Below, in pieces: positions 43,651 through 53,488 of a stretch of DNA of 64,000 bases. The position numbers and the translations under genes are program-made. Under the pieces are notes generated by a model. That model searched no databases, was not told where the DNA came from, and was given only the letters and a program-made list of their open reading frames with translations. The stretch comes from a virus (lineage: Duplodnaviria > Caudoviricetes), in IMG/VR virus record IMGVR_UViG_3300032225_000840, positions 434 to 64,433 of that record; one strand, written 5' to 3'. Every line of letters begins with the position of its first letter. The first letter of the stretch is position 1.

Positions 43651-43950
43651 CTAGCATTAGTTAAGCGGAGAGCACGGCGGGGGCTAAAAATCCCATAGCG
43701 TTACGAAGAACGACCCCACACACCCAAATTCTATTTAGGAGTCCCGTCTTGTATATATTCACTGAGTTTTGCACAGTCGATACCATATTTTGTAGACCCC
43801 CCCCTATAAAAAGTTAGGGGACCCTAACATACCCCCCATATATATTTTTGCCACCCCCTTGCATTTTCAGGGACTCCTAGGCCCACCCCCATATATAAAA
43901 TTTTTATGCTATTATTGCTGCAGCGCAACATTTTATGAAAGGACGCTACT

Positions 43951-44091
43951 ATGGACTTTATGAAAGACTATCTTCAAGCATACGAAGTACAACGCAAAGC
44001 AGTTCTCACCGCGTTTGAGACCGCTGATAAGTTTTGGAATAACGCTGTGCAATACTTTTTTAAACACGCAGAATCTGTTTTGAAAAAGTAA
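43951..44091 (+). CDS. Small helical protein (46 aa)
   Basis: Not in the ORF track. AAAGGA RBS; MDFMKDYLQAYEVQRKAVLTAFETADKFWNNAVQYFFKHAESVLKK. Confidence 0.55.
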   Translation: MDFMKDYLQAYEVQRKAVLTAFETADKFWNNAVQYFFKHAESVLKK

Positions 44092-44191
44092 ACTAGCGGT
44101 GGGGTGGTTAGGCAGACACCAGAGGATGTAGCAAGCGGAGTATTTTTCTGCCTTCATATCCGCAGTTAACAGCTACTAAATCTGCACCCCG

Positions 44192-44220
44192 TTGCACACA
44201 AACAAAAAACGTATTACAAT
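44192..44220 (+). promoter_or_regulatory. Putative sigma70 promoter for the packaging operon
   Basis: TTGCAC-17 bp-TACAAT. Confidence 0.6.
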
Positions 44221-44252
44221 TCGGTCATCGGAGTGCCAACCTTTTCCTCCTT

Positions 44253-44870
44253 ATGACAATTAAAGTAATACCCGAAGTAAACGTACCCATCCCTAAAGAC
44301 CTCAGTCCAGAGCAGGTCGAGGATTTGCTTACCCGTACAAAGGTGGCATTCAACACAGCATCATTTTTAATTGCTAATGGTCTAGATGCAGACCCACGCA
44401 AAGACACACAGGCTACTAGAGCTGCTGCAAAAGAAGCAGCAAAGCAATTTACAGGTTCACCCACTGCAGGGCGTCGTCCATACAATGCAAAAACAGCCAT
44501 ATGGCTCAAAGATTTGTTCTACAGATACAACAACGACGTTGTTGAAGACACAATTAAGTTAAAAAACTATGTGGTAACACGCCTTGTTGAAGAATCAGAC
44601 GGCGATAAAGCCACAGATAGGCTTCGCGCACTAGAAGATTTAGGAAAAATGAGCCAAATTGGGCTTTTCTCAGACAAAATTGAGGTTTCTGTCAACAATA
44701 AGAGCACAGAAGAGCTAAAACAAGACCTTGCTAAGAAGCTAGCACGCTATATGGGTGCAGTAGACGAGGTAAAAGAAGAAAAACCGAAGAAAAAGACAAT
44801 GGTTATTGACCTTAATAAAGAGTTAGGGACCAAAAACAAGGAAGAACAAGAGGTCAGAGCGGATGATTGA
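44253..44870 (+). CDS. terS: Terminase small subunit
   Basis: Immediately upstream of terL; DRLRALEDLGK...IGLFSDKIEV. Confidence 0.7.
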   Translation: MTIKVIPEVNVPIPKDLSPEQVEDLLTRTKVAFNTASFLIANGLDADPRKDTQATRAAAKEAAKQFTGSPTAGRRPYNAKTAIWLKDLFYRYNNDVVEDTIKLKNYVVTRLVEESDGDKATDRLRALEDLGKMSQIGLFSDKIEVSVNNKSTEELKQDLAKKLARYMGAVDEVKEEKPKKKTMVIDLNKELGTKNKEEQEVRADD

Positions 44871-46413
44871 AGGCATCGAGGACTTTATTGACCAGTTTAG
44901 AAAACTTTCTATAGCAAAAAAGCAGGTAGTACTAGATGCCATGCCTAAAGAAGAGGCAGCCGAGATACTAAAGATTGTTGAAGAGCTTGATTTGCGGGAT
45001 ACTAGGAAAGTAACCGAGCGAGATTTTATGAAGTTTGTTGAACAAGTATGGCCCGATTTCATTCACGGCATGCACCATGCACGGATGGCAAAGGCTTTTG
45101 AGGAGGTAGCAAATGGTAACTGTAAACGTCTTATTATTAACATGCCTCCTCGCCATACTAAGTCTGAGTTCGCTTCTTATCTTCTACCCGCTTGGTTCCT
45201 TGGTAGGTTTCCTAACAAAAAAGTTATCCAAACGTCACATACGGCGGAGCTGGCAGTGGGTTTTGGACGCAAGGTTAGGAATTTGGTTGATTCCGAAAGC
45301 TATAAAAGATTATTTCCAGCAATTGAGTTACAGAGTGATTCTAAAGCTGCTGGCAGGTGGAACACTAACTTTGGTGGAGACTATTTTGCTATTGGTGTGG
45401 GCGGCGCAGTCACAGGTAAGGGCGCTGATCTCCTCATTATCGACGATCCACATTCGGAACAAGAAGCGGCGCTAGCGCAGTTTAACCCTGAAATTTACGA
45501 TAAGGTATACGAGTGGTATACATCAGGTCCTCGTCAACGTTTGCAACCGGGCGGGTCAATTGTGATTGTTATGACACGATGGAGCCTGCGGGATTTAACG
45601 GCGCAAGTATTAAAGTCAGCCGCACAGCGGGGCGGAGACGAGTGGAAAGTAATTGAGTTCCCTGCCATACTAGAGTCGGGTAAACCCTTATGGCCTGAGT
45701 TTTGGAGTAAGGCAGAATTAGAAGCGTTACACAATGAATTACCTAATTCCAAGTGGCAAGCGCAGTATATGCAGGATCCGACTAGCGAGTCTTCAGCAAT
45801 TATTAAGCGGGAGTGGTGGAGGATATGGGAAGAAGACAAACCACCGCGTTGCGAGTACATTATCCAGTCTTGGGATACAGCACATGAAAAGAAAACCGTT
45901 AACGACTTTTCTGCCTGCACCACGTGGGGGGTCTTCTATGCAGAAGAGGACCAAAATTTGCCTAATATCATACTCCTCGACAGCTTTAAAGCTAGGCTGG
46001 AGTTCCCGGAACTCAAAGCGAAAGCGTATGAACATTATCTTGAACACGAGCCGGATTCACTATTGGTCGAGAAAAAAGCGGCGGGTGCGCCTCTTATACA
46101 AGAGTTAAGAAGAATGGGTATTCCTGTCGGAGAGTACTCACCTAGCAAAGGACAGGATAAAATATCAAGATTAAATAGTGTGGCTGATCTGTTTGCATCT
46201 GGTAAAGTATGGGCACCAGACAGAAGATGGTCAGAAGAGCTAATTGATGAAGTTGCATCTTTTCCTTCAGGCGAGCATGATGACTTAGTAGATTCAATGA
46301 CGCTTGCATTAATGCGATTTAGGCAAGGTGGGTTTTTGAGGCTGCCCAGTGACGAGCCCGACGAAATAAAGTATTTTAAATCCAGCAGAAATGTTGGCTA
46401 CTACACGGTATAG
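44863..46413 (+). CDS. terL: Terminase large subunit
   Basis: INMPPRHTKS, LLIIDDPH, YMQDP, QSWDTA, VEKKAAG, HDDLVDS. Confidence 0.95.
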   Translation: MIEGIEDFIDQFRKLSIAKKQVVLDAMPKEEAAEILKIVEELDLRDTRKVTERDFMKFVEQVWPDFIHGMHHARMAKAFEEVANGNCKRLIINMPPRHTKSEFASYLLPAWFLGRFPNKKVIQTSHTAELAVGFGRKVRNLVDSESYKRLFPAIELQSDSKAAGRWNTNFGGDYFAIGVGGAVTGKGADLLIIDDPHSEQEAALAQFNPEIYDKVYEWYTSGPRQRLQPGGSIVIVMTRWSLRDLTAQVLKSAAQRGGDEWKVIEFPAILESGKPLWPEFWSKAELEALHNELPNSKWQAQYMQDPTSESSAIIKREWWRIWEEDKPPRCEYIIQSWDTAHEKKTVNDFSACTTWGVFYAEEDQNLPNIILLDSFKARLEFPELKAKAYEHYLEHEPDSLLVEKKAAGAPLIQELRRMGIPVGEYSPSKGQDKISRLNSVADLFASGKVWAPDRRWSEELIDEVASFPSGEHDDLVDSMTLALMRFRQGGFLRLPSDEPDEIKYFKSSRNVGYYTV

Positions 46414-46420
46414 GTGAAAC

Positions 46421-48889
46421 ATGGCGATAGATAAAGCGTTATACGAAGCTCCAAAAGGATTAGACCAACTAGGTCAAGGCGAGGCTGACATGGAGATTGA
46501 AATTGTCGACCCCGAAGAAGTTAAGATCGGTTTAGATGGGCTTGAGATTCAGATTAGACCTGAACGTGAAAGCAGCCAAAAGTTTGATGCTAACCTCGCT
46601 GAGTTTATGACCGAAGGCGAGTTGATGGAATTAACAGGCGACTTGCTTGGTTTATTTGATTCGGACGTCGCTGCACGTAAAGACTGGGTTGATACTTATG
46701 TTGATGGTATAAAGTTACTTGGTTTAAAAATTGATGAGCGCGTTGAGCCTTGGCCCGGCGCATGTGGTGTATTCCATCCGATGTTAACAGAGTCCGTAGT
46801 GCGCTTTCAATCAGAAGCAATTATGGAAACCTTCCCAGCATCAGGACCGGTTCGCACCCAGATTATTGGTAAAGAAACGCCACAAACAAAAGAATCGGCG
46901 CGTCGTGTTGAAGAAGACATGAACTACAAACTTACGGATGAGATGACCGAGTATCGTCCTGAGCACGAGAAATTATTATGGGCATTACCACTAGCAGGCT
47001 CTGCGTTTAAGAAAGTATATTACGATCCAAGTATTGGTCGGCAAGTTGCAATGACAATACCTGCTGAAGATATGATTGTGCCTTATGGTGCAGCTAATTT
47101 AGAAACAGCTGATCGCGTTACACACGTGATGCGTAAAACTAAAAATGAAATTATGAAGTTGCAAGCCGCAGGATTTTATCGCGACGTAGACTTGGGCGAC
47201 CCCGTATTAGTTTTGGATGATATAGAAAAGAAAAAGGCGGAAGAGCAGGGATATACTGGGAGCACGGATAATCGGTTCAGGGTTCTTGAGATTCACGCTA
47301 ACTTAGACTTGCCGGGTTATGAGGACAAGGATAAGAAGGGTAAAGAGACAGGCATTGGGTTGCCATACATCGTGACAATAGAGAAGGGTACGGGTACTGT
47401 ACTGGCTATACGCCGTAATTGGTACGAGGACGACATTCTTAAACTAAAAAGGAACCACTTTGTACATTATCAATACATTCCGGGGTTTGGGTTTTATGGT
47501 TACGGACTTATACACCTTATCGGTGGTTATGCTCGTAGCGCTACTAGTCTCATTCGCCAGCTCGTTGATGCTGGTACACTGGCTAACTTACCGGGCGGAC
47601 TTAAATCTCGCGGGCTTCGCGTAAAGGGTGATGATACACCGATTGCCCCCGGTGAGTTTAGAGATGTTGATGTGCCATCAGGCTCAATCAAAGACAACAT
47701 CTTGCCATTGCCATATAAAGAGCCAAGCCAAACATTACTTGCGTTATTAAACCAGATTATTGCTGAAGGCAGGGCATTCGCTACAGCAGGAGATACAAAG
47801 ATTAGTGACATGGGTGCAAACGCACCGGTGGGCACTACACTGGCTATACTGGAGAGAACACTTAAGGTAATGAGTGCGGTTCAGGCTCGCGTGCACTATG
47901 CGATGAAAACTGAGTTTAAATTACTCAAAACAATTATTGCAGACTACACGCCGGAAGAATACTCATACGAGCCAGAAGAAGGCTCACGTAGAGCGAAGAA
48001 AACTGACTACGAGGCAGTTGATATTATTCCTGTTAGCGATCCAAACGCGGCGACAATGGCGCAGAAGATTGTGCAGTATCAAGCCGTCTTGCAGTTAGCT
48101 CAGACAGCACCACAGTTATATAATTTGCCACTACTTCACAGACAGATGGTAGAGATTCTTGGGATTAAGAATGCGCAGAAACTGATTCCGATGGAAGATG
48201 ATATGCGCCCAGTTGACCCAGTTACCGAGAACCAGAACATCCTCAAAGGTAAACCGGTTAAAGCATTTATTGAGCAGAACCACGTCGCACATATTCAAGC
48301 TCATATGGCACCGATGCAAGATCCCAAAATTCAACAGATTTTAGGGATGAACCCACAGATGGCGCAGGCGTTACAAGCGGCTACGCTTGCTCATATTAAC
48401 GAGCACTTAGGGTTTGAGTATCGCCGTCAAGTAGAACAGATGATGGGTATGCCACTTCCTCCAGAACCAAAAGATGGAGAAGAGCCAGAACCGATGCCAG
48501 CACAAATAGCAGCGCAAGTTGCACAGATGGCAGCGCAAGCATCGCAAGTATTGTTACAGCAGAATCAACAACAGGCGGCACAACAAGCAGCGCAACAAAA
48601 AGCACAAGACCCAATTATTCAGTTGCAAGCACAAGAGTTGGCGCTTAAGGCTAAAGAGGTTGATATTAAAGAACGCAAACTTACTATGGACGCTACGGCT
48701 AAAGCCGACCAGCTTAATATTGAGAAAGAGCGTATCAAGTCCCAAGAAACAATTGCTGGTCTAAATGCAAGCATTAAGATGCAAGAAAAAGACAAAGACT
48801 TAGATGCAAAAATGTTGATGCAAGCGCATAAGACTGCAAGCGACGAGCGCAAAACACAACAAAAACCACCTAAAAAGGAGAATAAGTGA
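46421..48889 (+). CDS. Portal protein
   Basis: Follows terL; LPLAGSAFKKVYYD, GFGFYGYGLIHL; long Gln-rich C-terminal barrel as in P22-like portals. Confidence 0.88.
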   Translation: MAIDKALYEAPKGLDQLGQGEADMEIEIVDPEEVKIGLDGLEIQIRPERESSQKFDANLAEFMTEGELMELTGDLLGLFDSDVAARKDWVDTYVDGIKLLGLKIDERVEPWPGACGVFHPMLTESVVRFQSEAIMETFPASGPVRTQIIGKETPQTKESARRVEEDMNYKLTDEMTEYRPEHEKLLWALPLAGSAFKKVYYDPSIGRQVAMTIPAEDMIVPYGAANLETADRVTHVMRKTKNEIMKLQAAGFYRDVDLGDPVLVLDDIEKKKAEEQGYTGSTDNRFRVLEIHANLDLPGYEDKDKKGKETGIGLPYIVTIEKGTGTVLAIRRNWYEDDILKLKRNHFVHYQYIPGFGFYGYGLIHLIGGYARSATSLIRQLVDAGTLANLPGGLKSRGLRVKGDDTPIAPGEFRDVDVPSGSIKDNILPLPYKEPSQTLLALLNQIIAEGRAFATAGDTKISDMGANAPVGTTLAILERTLKVMSAVQARVHYAMKTEFKLLKTIIADYTPEEYSYEPEEGSRRAKKTDYEAVDIIPVSDPNAATMAQKIVQYQAVLQLAQTAPQLYNLPLLHRQMVEILGIKNAQKLIPMEDDMRPVDPVTENQNILKGKPVKAFIEQNHVAHIQAHMAPMQDPKIQQILGMNPQMAQALQAATLAHINEHLGFEYRRQVEQMMGMPLPPEPKDGEEPEPMPAQIAAQVAQMAAQASQVLLQQNQQQAAQQAAQQKAQDPIIQLQAQELALKAKEVDIKERKLTMDATAKADQLNIEKERIKSQETIAGLNASIKMQEKDKDLDAKMLMQAHKTASDERKTQQKPPKKENK

Positions 48890-49080
48890 GCCAAGAACTA
48901 GACTACCTAGTTAAGCAATTCCAAGAAGAAATCAAGGAACATACAAATTTTTTAGCGACGGGACGCCCTGCTAGCATAGAGGAGTACCGTCAAGTAGTAG
49001 GCGCCATCCGAGGTCTGGAGTCTGCTATTCAAATAACAAGAGACCTCGTGCAACGTATGGAGAACTCTGATGAGTCTTGA
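48886..49080 (+). CDS. Small head-module protein
   Basis: GTG start; EEYRQVVGAIRGL motif. Confidence 0.65.
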   Translation: MSQELDYLVKQFQEEIKEHTNFLATGRPASIEEYRQVVGAIRGLESAIQITRDLVQRMENSDES

Positions 49081-49468
49081 TTTATCCCAAGCAGTAGATT
49101 TAAGCGCAGTTTTAAACAAAGAGGCTGAAGAGAAAGGGCGGCAGTTACCCGATCCCGTTGGCTACCACATTTTGTGTGCTATTCCTGAAGTAGAAAAAGA
49201 ATTTGATAGCGGTATTGTAAAAGCAGATCAGACTTTGCATTACGAAGAAGTTTTAACTACGGTGTTATTTGTGGTTAAGCTTGGTCCAGATTGCTATAAA
49301 GACCCTACCCGATTCCCAAGTGGTCCTTGGTGTAAAGAAGGAGATTTTATCCTAATTCGCCCCAACTCAGGAAGCCGACTTATCATTCACGGCAGAGAAT
49401 TTAGAATGATTAACGACGATTCCGTTGAAGGAACCGTACAAGATCCCCGCGGTATTAAGCGTGCATAA
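49070..49468 (+). CDS. GroES/Cpn10-like co-chaperonin
   Basis: PVGYHIL..P, SGIV, VVKLGPDCY, WCKEGDFIL, FRMINDDSVEG. Confidence 0.8.
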   Translation: MSLDLSQAVDLSAVLNKEAEEKGRQLPDPVGYHILCAIPEVEKEFDSGIVKADQTLHYEEVLTTVLFVVKLGPDCYKDPTRFPSGPWCKEGDFILIRPNSGSRLIIHGREFRMINDDSVEGTVQDPRGIKRA

Positions 49469-49478
49469 GGAGCATTAA

Positions 49479-50459
49479 ATGGCTGAAAACAAACAAGAAT
49501 TTCAAGGTTACGAATTTCCAGATGAAGTAGAAATTAAGGGTAAACCCTTAGAAAAAGAAATAAACGCAGAAGCCGCCTCATCTGAAATTGAGATTGAAGA
49601 CGATACCCCACCACAGGATAGGGGTCGTAAAGCGGGTGATCCGCCCGAAGAAGTAACAGACGATGAACTTAGTCAGTACGACAAAAAAGTTCAAAACCGT
49701 CTAAAAAAGTTTACTAAAGGGTATCACGACGAGCGACGTGCTAAAGAAGAAGCGTTAAGGCTACAGGACGAAGCAATTAATGCAGCTAAAGCGCTTGTAG
49801 AAGAGAATAAACGGTTACAACAGCAGCTTGAAGAAGGCAGCAAAATCTATATTGAGCAAGGAAAATCCTCGGCGCAATTAGAACTAGATGCTGCTAAACG
49901 GGCTTTTAAAGAGGCTTATGAGGCTGGTGACGCTGATTTATTAGCTGATGCACAGATGCGTATATCGCAGGCTACATTAAAGATTGAACGGGCTGGTGAA
50001 CTAAGACCCATACAAGCTAAAGAAGTAGAAGTTAATATCCCGCAAGAAGCACAAAGACAGCCTCAACTTGATTCTAAAACCGCAGAATGGTTAGAAAATA
50101 ACTCTTGGTACGGTGAAGATGACGAAATGAGCGCTGCTGCACTTGGACTCCACAAAAAGTTAGAAAAGGAGTATGGTAGTGCTTATATTGGATCCGATCA
50201 GTACTTTAAGAGAATTGATGATACAATGCGAAAAAGATTCCCCGAATATTTTGGGAGCGAAGAAAACGAAGTACAACCGGAAGAGGAAACTCAAACCCGT
50301 GCAAAACCGGCGTCAAATGTAGTTGCTCCGGCAACACGTAGTACGCCACCCAGTAAGATAAAACTTACTAAAACGCAAGTAGCACTAGCCAAGCGATTGG
50401 GTGTGCCACTTGATTTATACGCCAAAAAGGTTGCTGAACAAATGAATGGAGGCCAGTAA
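49479..50459 (+). CDS. Capsid scaffolding protein
   Basis: Acidic N-terminus, coiled coil, and C-terminal KLTKTQVALAKRLGV..YAK. Confidence 0.75.
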   Translation: MAENKQEFQGYEFPDEVEIKGKPLEKEINAEAASSEIEIEDDTPPQDRGRKAGDPPEEVTDDELSQYDKKVQNRLKKFTKGYHDERRAKEEALRLQDEAINAAKALVEENKRLQQQLEEGSKIYIEQGKSSAQLELDAAKRAFKEAYEAGDADLLADAQMRISQATLKIERAGELRPIQAKEVEVNIPQEAQRQPQLDSKTAEWLENNSWYGEDDEMSAAALGLHKKLEKEYGSAYIGSDQYFKRIDDTMRKRFPEYFGSEENEVQPEEETQTRAKPASNVVAPATRSTPPSKIKLTKTQVALAKRLGVPLDLYAKKVAEQMNGGQ

Positions 50460-50902
50460 TGGAACAAAACCGTAAACCACGTAGTACTGAAACTCGTGTA
50501 ACTAAAGAACGACCTAAACAGTGGTCGTTACCAGAACTTTTGCCCGAACCGGACAAACAAGAAGGTTTTGTTTATCGCTGGATCCGTGTTTCTACCCTTA
50601 ATAGTGCTGACCCACGCAACATCTCTGCAAAACTTCGAGAAGGCTGGGAACCAGTTAAGGCATCGGAACAACCCAACTTACAACTGTTAGCTTCCCGCGA
50701 AGGTCCTTACAAGGATCATATCGAGGTAGGCGGATTATTACTTTGCAAAACCCCAGTTGAGTTTGTACAACAGCGTACTGAGCATTATCAAGCTGTTACT
50801 GCCCAACAAACGGAAGCTGTAGATAATAATCTTATGCGCCAAAGCGACCCAAGGATGCCGCTCTTTAAAGAGAACAAATCCTCGACTAGTTTTGGTAAAT
50901 AG
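50459..50902 (+). CDS. Conserved head-module protein
   Basis: YRWIR, KLREGWEPV, VGGLLLCK. Confidence 0.65.
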   Translation: MEQNRKPRSTETRVTKERPKQWSLPELLPEPDKQEGFVYRWIRVSTLNSADPRNISAKLREGWEPVKASEQPNLQLLASREGPYKDHIEVGGLLLCKTPVEFVQQRTEHYQAVTAQQTEAVDNNLMRQSDPRMPLFKENKSSTSFGK

Positions 50903-50927
50903 TTAATAACTTAATTAGGAGTTTTAA

Positions 50928-51542
50928 ATGGCTTATCCTACCGTATCAGGCCCTTATGGGTTTAGACCGATCAATTTGATCGGTGGTCAGGTATTTGCTG
51001 GTTCTACTCGCTTAATTCCCATCGCTTCAGGTTCTGCAACCGCCATTTTTTATGGTGACGTTGTGCGTCTGAATACCGGTGGTACGTTAAGTAAAGTTTC
51101 AACCACAACTACTGCGACTGATGCAGTTGGCGTGTTTTTGGGCTGTCAGTTTACAAACCCAACGACAAAACAACTGTTGCAACAACAGTTTTATCCCGGA
51201 TCTATTACAGCATCTGATATCAACGCGGTTGTTTGCGACGATCCAGACACGTTGTTTAAAGTAGCAGTTACTTCCGCTGGAACCTCAACCATGAGTGGCG
51301 TTACCCGTGCAGCAGTTGGGCTAAACACCGCTTTAATTGTAACAGCAGGTAACACATCCACAGGCGACTCGTACACATCTGTTTCCGCAACTACAGCAGG
51401 TACCTCAACTCTACCAATTCGTGTAGTTGACGTAGTTCCAGAAACTGTTAATGCGTCGGGTTCTTACACTGAAGTTATTGTTAAATTTAACTTTGGTATT
51501 CACACCTATTACAGTGCTACTGGTGTAGCAACTGCAGCTTAA
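50928..51542 (+). CDS. Capsid decoration / cement-like protein
   Basis: PYGFRP, AIFYGDVV, GVFLGC, DDPDTLF; directly upstream of the major capsid gene. Confidence 0.65.
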   Translation: MAYPTVSGPYGFRPINLIGGQVFAGSTRLIPIASGSATAIFYGDVVRLNTGGTLSKVSTTTTATDAVGVFLGCQFTNPTTKQLLQQQFYPGSITASDINAVVCDDPDTLFKVAVTSAGTSTMSGVTRAAVGLNTALIVTAGNTSTGDSYTSVSATTAGTSTLPIRVVDVVPETVNASGSYTEVIVKFNFGIHTYYSATGVATAA

Positions 51543-51553
51543 GGAGCTAAATA

Positions 51554-52468
51554 ATGGCTATTTCCCGCGCACAACTACTTAAAGAGTTGTTACCCGGCCT
51601 GAACGCATTGTTTGGCTTAGAGTACGCTCGCTATGGTGAAGAACACAAAGAGATCTATGAAACTGAGACCTCTGAGCGTTCTTTTGAAGAAGAAACAAAA
51701 CTGTCCGGCTTTAGTGCTGCACCAGTCAAAAACGAAGGTTCTGCCATCGCTTATGACAATGCACAAGAGGCATGGACTGCACGCTACAATCACGAAACTA
51801 TTGCCCTTGGCTTTAGCTTGACCGAAGAAGCAATCGAAGATAACCTCTATGATTCTTTATCGGCTCGTTATACCAAAGGTCTAGCTCGTGCTATGGCTTA
51901 TACCAAACAGGTTAAAGCTGCTGCTGTTTTAAACAACGGATTTACTAACTCTGCCGCTTATTACGGTGGTGATGGCGTTCCATTGTTCAGCACTGCTCAC
52001 CCATTGGTATCTAGTGGTACTAACAGCAACACTCAATCTACCGCTGCCGACTTGAATGAGACTTCTTTGGAAGCCGCTGTAATTCAAATCGCTGGTTGGA
52101 CTGATGAGCGTGGTTTGTTAATCGCTGCTAAACCCAAGAAGTTGATTGTTCCACCCGGATTGATGTTCGTTGCAACTCGTTTGCTCGAAACTGAATTACG
52201 TGTTGGTACGACCGACAACGATGTTAACGCACTTAAGAACAATGGTTCGATTCCTGAAGGTTACACCGTTAACCACTTCTTGACCGATCCAAATGGCTAC
52301 TTCCTTACCACTGATGTTCCAAATGGTATGAAGCACTTTGTTCGCACCCCATTGAGCAATTCGATGGACGGTGATTTCGATACGGGTAACGTTCGTTACA
52401 AGTCTCGTGAGCGTTATAGCTTCGGCTGGTCAGATCCTCTTGGTATGTGGGGATCACAAGGCGCTTAA
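51554..52468 (+). CDS. Major capsid protein
   Basis: MAISRAQLLKELLPGLNALFG, PKKLIVPP, RYKSRERYSFGWSDPLG. Confidence 0.9.
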   Translation: MAISRAQLLKELLPGLNALFGLEYARYGEEHKEIYETETSERSFEEETKLSGFSAAPVKNEGSAIAYDNAQEAWTARYNHETIALGFSLTEEAIEDNLYDSLSARYTKGLARAMAYTKQVKAAAVLNNGFTNSAAYYGGDGVPLFSTAHPLVSSGTNSNTQSTAADLNETSLEAAVIQIAGWTDERGLLIAAKPKKLIVPPGLMFVATRLLETELRVGTTDNDVNALKNNGSIPEGYTVNHFLTDPNGYFLTTDVPNGMKHFVRTPLSNSMDGDFDTGNVRYKSRERYSFGWSDPLGMWGSQGA

Positions 52469-52488
52469 TCAGCACCTTAGTCTCAGAG

Positions 52489-52516
52489 AACCCAGCTCAA
52501 AAGGCTGGGTTTTTCT
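52489..52516. terminator. Intrinsic terminator after the capsid gene (possibly bidirectional)
   Basis: AACCCAGC-loop-GCTGGGTT followed by a T tract. Confidence 0.8.
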
Positions 52517-52883
52517 TTTTCTTTTTATTGTGTTTTTTATGTCTTTCTTCGTAATGGTGTATGCGGTGGCAATTAGCGCATAAAGGTACGCATTTTTTAA
52601 TTTCTTCATGCGCTGCAGCGTAAGCACCCATAGTCGCTAATTCATTAACACTGCGTTTAGTTCCGTCTCGAACTACATGATGAAAGTCTATAATAGCGGG
52701 ATGACTAGCACCACAATGGAGGCATTTTAATGTACCTTTGTATTCCGACCACTCTTTTCTTTTATTTCTTTTTTGGGTTTTTGCGGACGCTAGGCGTTCA
52801 GTTTTATTAGATATGTAATATTTGGCGGAACTACGCTTGAGCGAAGCCTTTTTTCTTGGATCGTTTGGATTTTTGTAGGGCAT
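52497..52883 (-). CDS. HNH endonuclease (opposite strand)
   Basis: CLHCG...DFHH...KCVPLCANCHRIHH. Confidence 0.88.
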   Translation of the reverse strand: MPYKNPNDPRKKASLKRSSAKYYISNKTERLASAKTQKRNKRKEWSEYKGTLKCLHCGASHPAIIDFHHVVRDGTKRSVNELATMGAYAAAHEEIKKCVPLCANCHRIHHYEERHKKHNKKKKKNPAF

Positions 52884-53316
52884 TTTGCTCTAGTTTAAGT
52901 TTCCAATATAAAGCATTTTTAAACGACCAAGGAGTACTTGGTTCGTATAACTTGAACCCCATACTGATTAATGAGTTTGATGACGCAGGATTTTCTGTTG
53001 TGTCTGTTATTAACCAATTCCACCCCAATTTCTTTGCTTGACGCATTCTTACACTAATTAATCTTTTTTGCAAGCCGTTGCCCGTATACCCATCAAGGAC
53101 GCCGGCACGACATAAATACCCCGTATCATTCCAAACAATAGAACGAACTAACCCAGCAAAAGCTACGGGCTTTCCATCTTCAGCATATGCAACCCACCAA
53201 TGACCCCGATCCGGTTTATAAGGAGCATCTTGCGGAAGTATCTTTTTTTGTAAATAGAGCAAAACCGTCTGATTAGAAGGGTTTTTTATATCAACTTTTC
53301 TAATGGTAAATTTCAT
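52831..53316 (-). CDS. GNAT acetyltransferase (opposite strand)
   Basis: PVAFAG, YLCRAGVLDGYTGNGLQKRLI, NPASSNSLISMGFKLY. Confidence 0.85.
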   Translation of the reverse strand: MKFTIRKVDIKNPSNQTVLLYLQKKILPQDAPYKPDRGHWWVAYAEDGKPVAFAGLVRSIVWNDTGYLCRAGVLDGYTGNGLQKRLISVRMRQAKKLGWNWLITDTTENPASSNSLISMGFKLYEPSTPWSFKNALYWKLKLEQNALQKSKRSKKKGFAQA

Positions 53317-53371
53317 GACAACTCCCTAAATTGGTAAGGGGTGGGGGGTTTAACTATTTTACCTAAAAACG

Positions 53372-53399
53372 TTGCAAACTTTTAAAAAAGTAGTAATAT
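53372..53399 (+). promoter_or_regulatory. Putative sigma70 promoter
   Basis: TTGCAA-16 bp-TAATAT. Confidence 0.45.
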
Positions 53400-53488
53400 G
53401 TATCTATCTGGGTGATACCAGCCTATTAAACTGCCCCAGCAGACGATATACCGATTAATGGGCTTAACTTGTATATAGGAGAATCCTC

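Noticed and set aside
43933-44157. 74-aa - strand ORF
   Set aside because: No RBS. A + strand 46-aa ORF with an AAAGGA RBS explains the region better.
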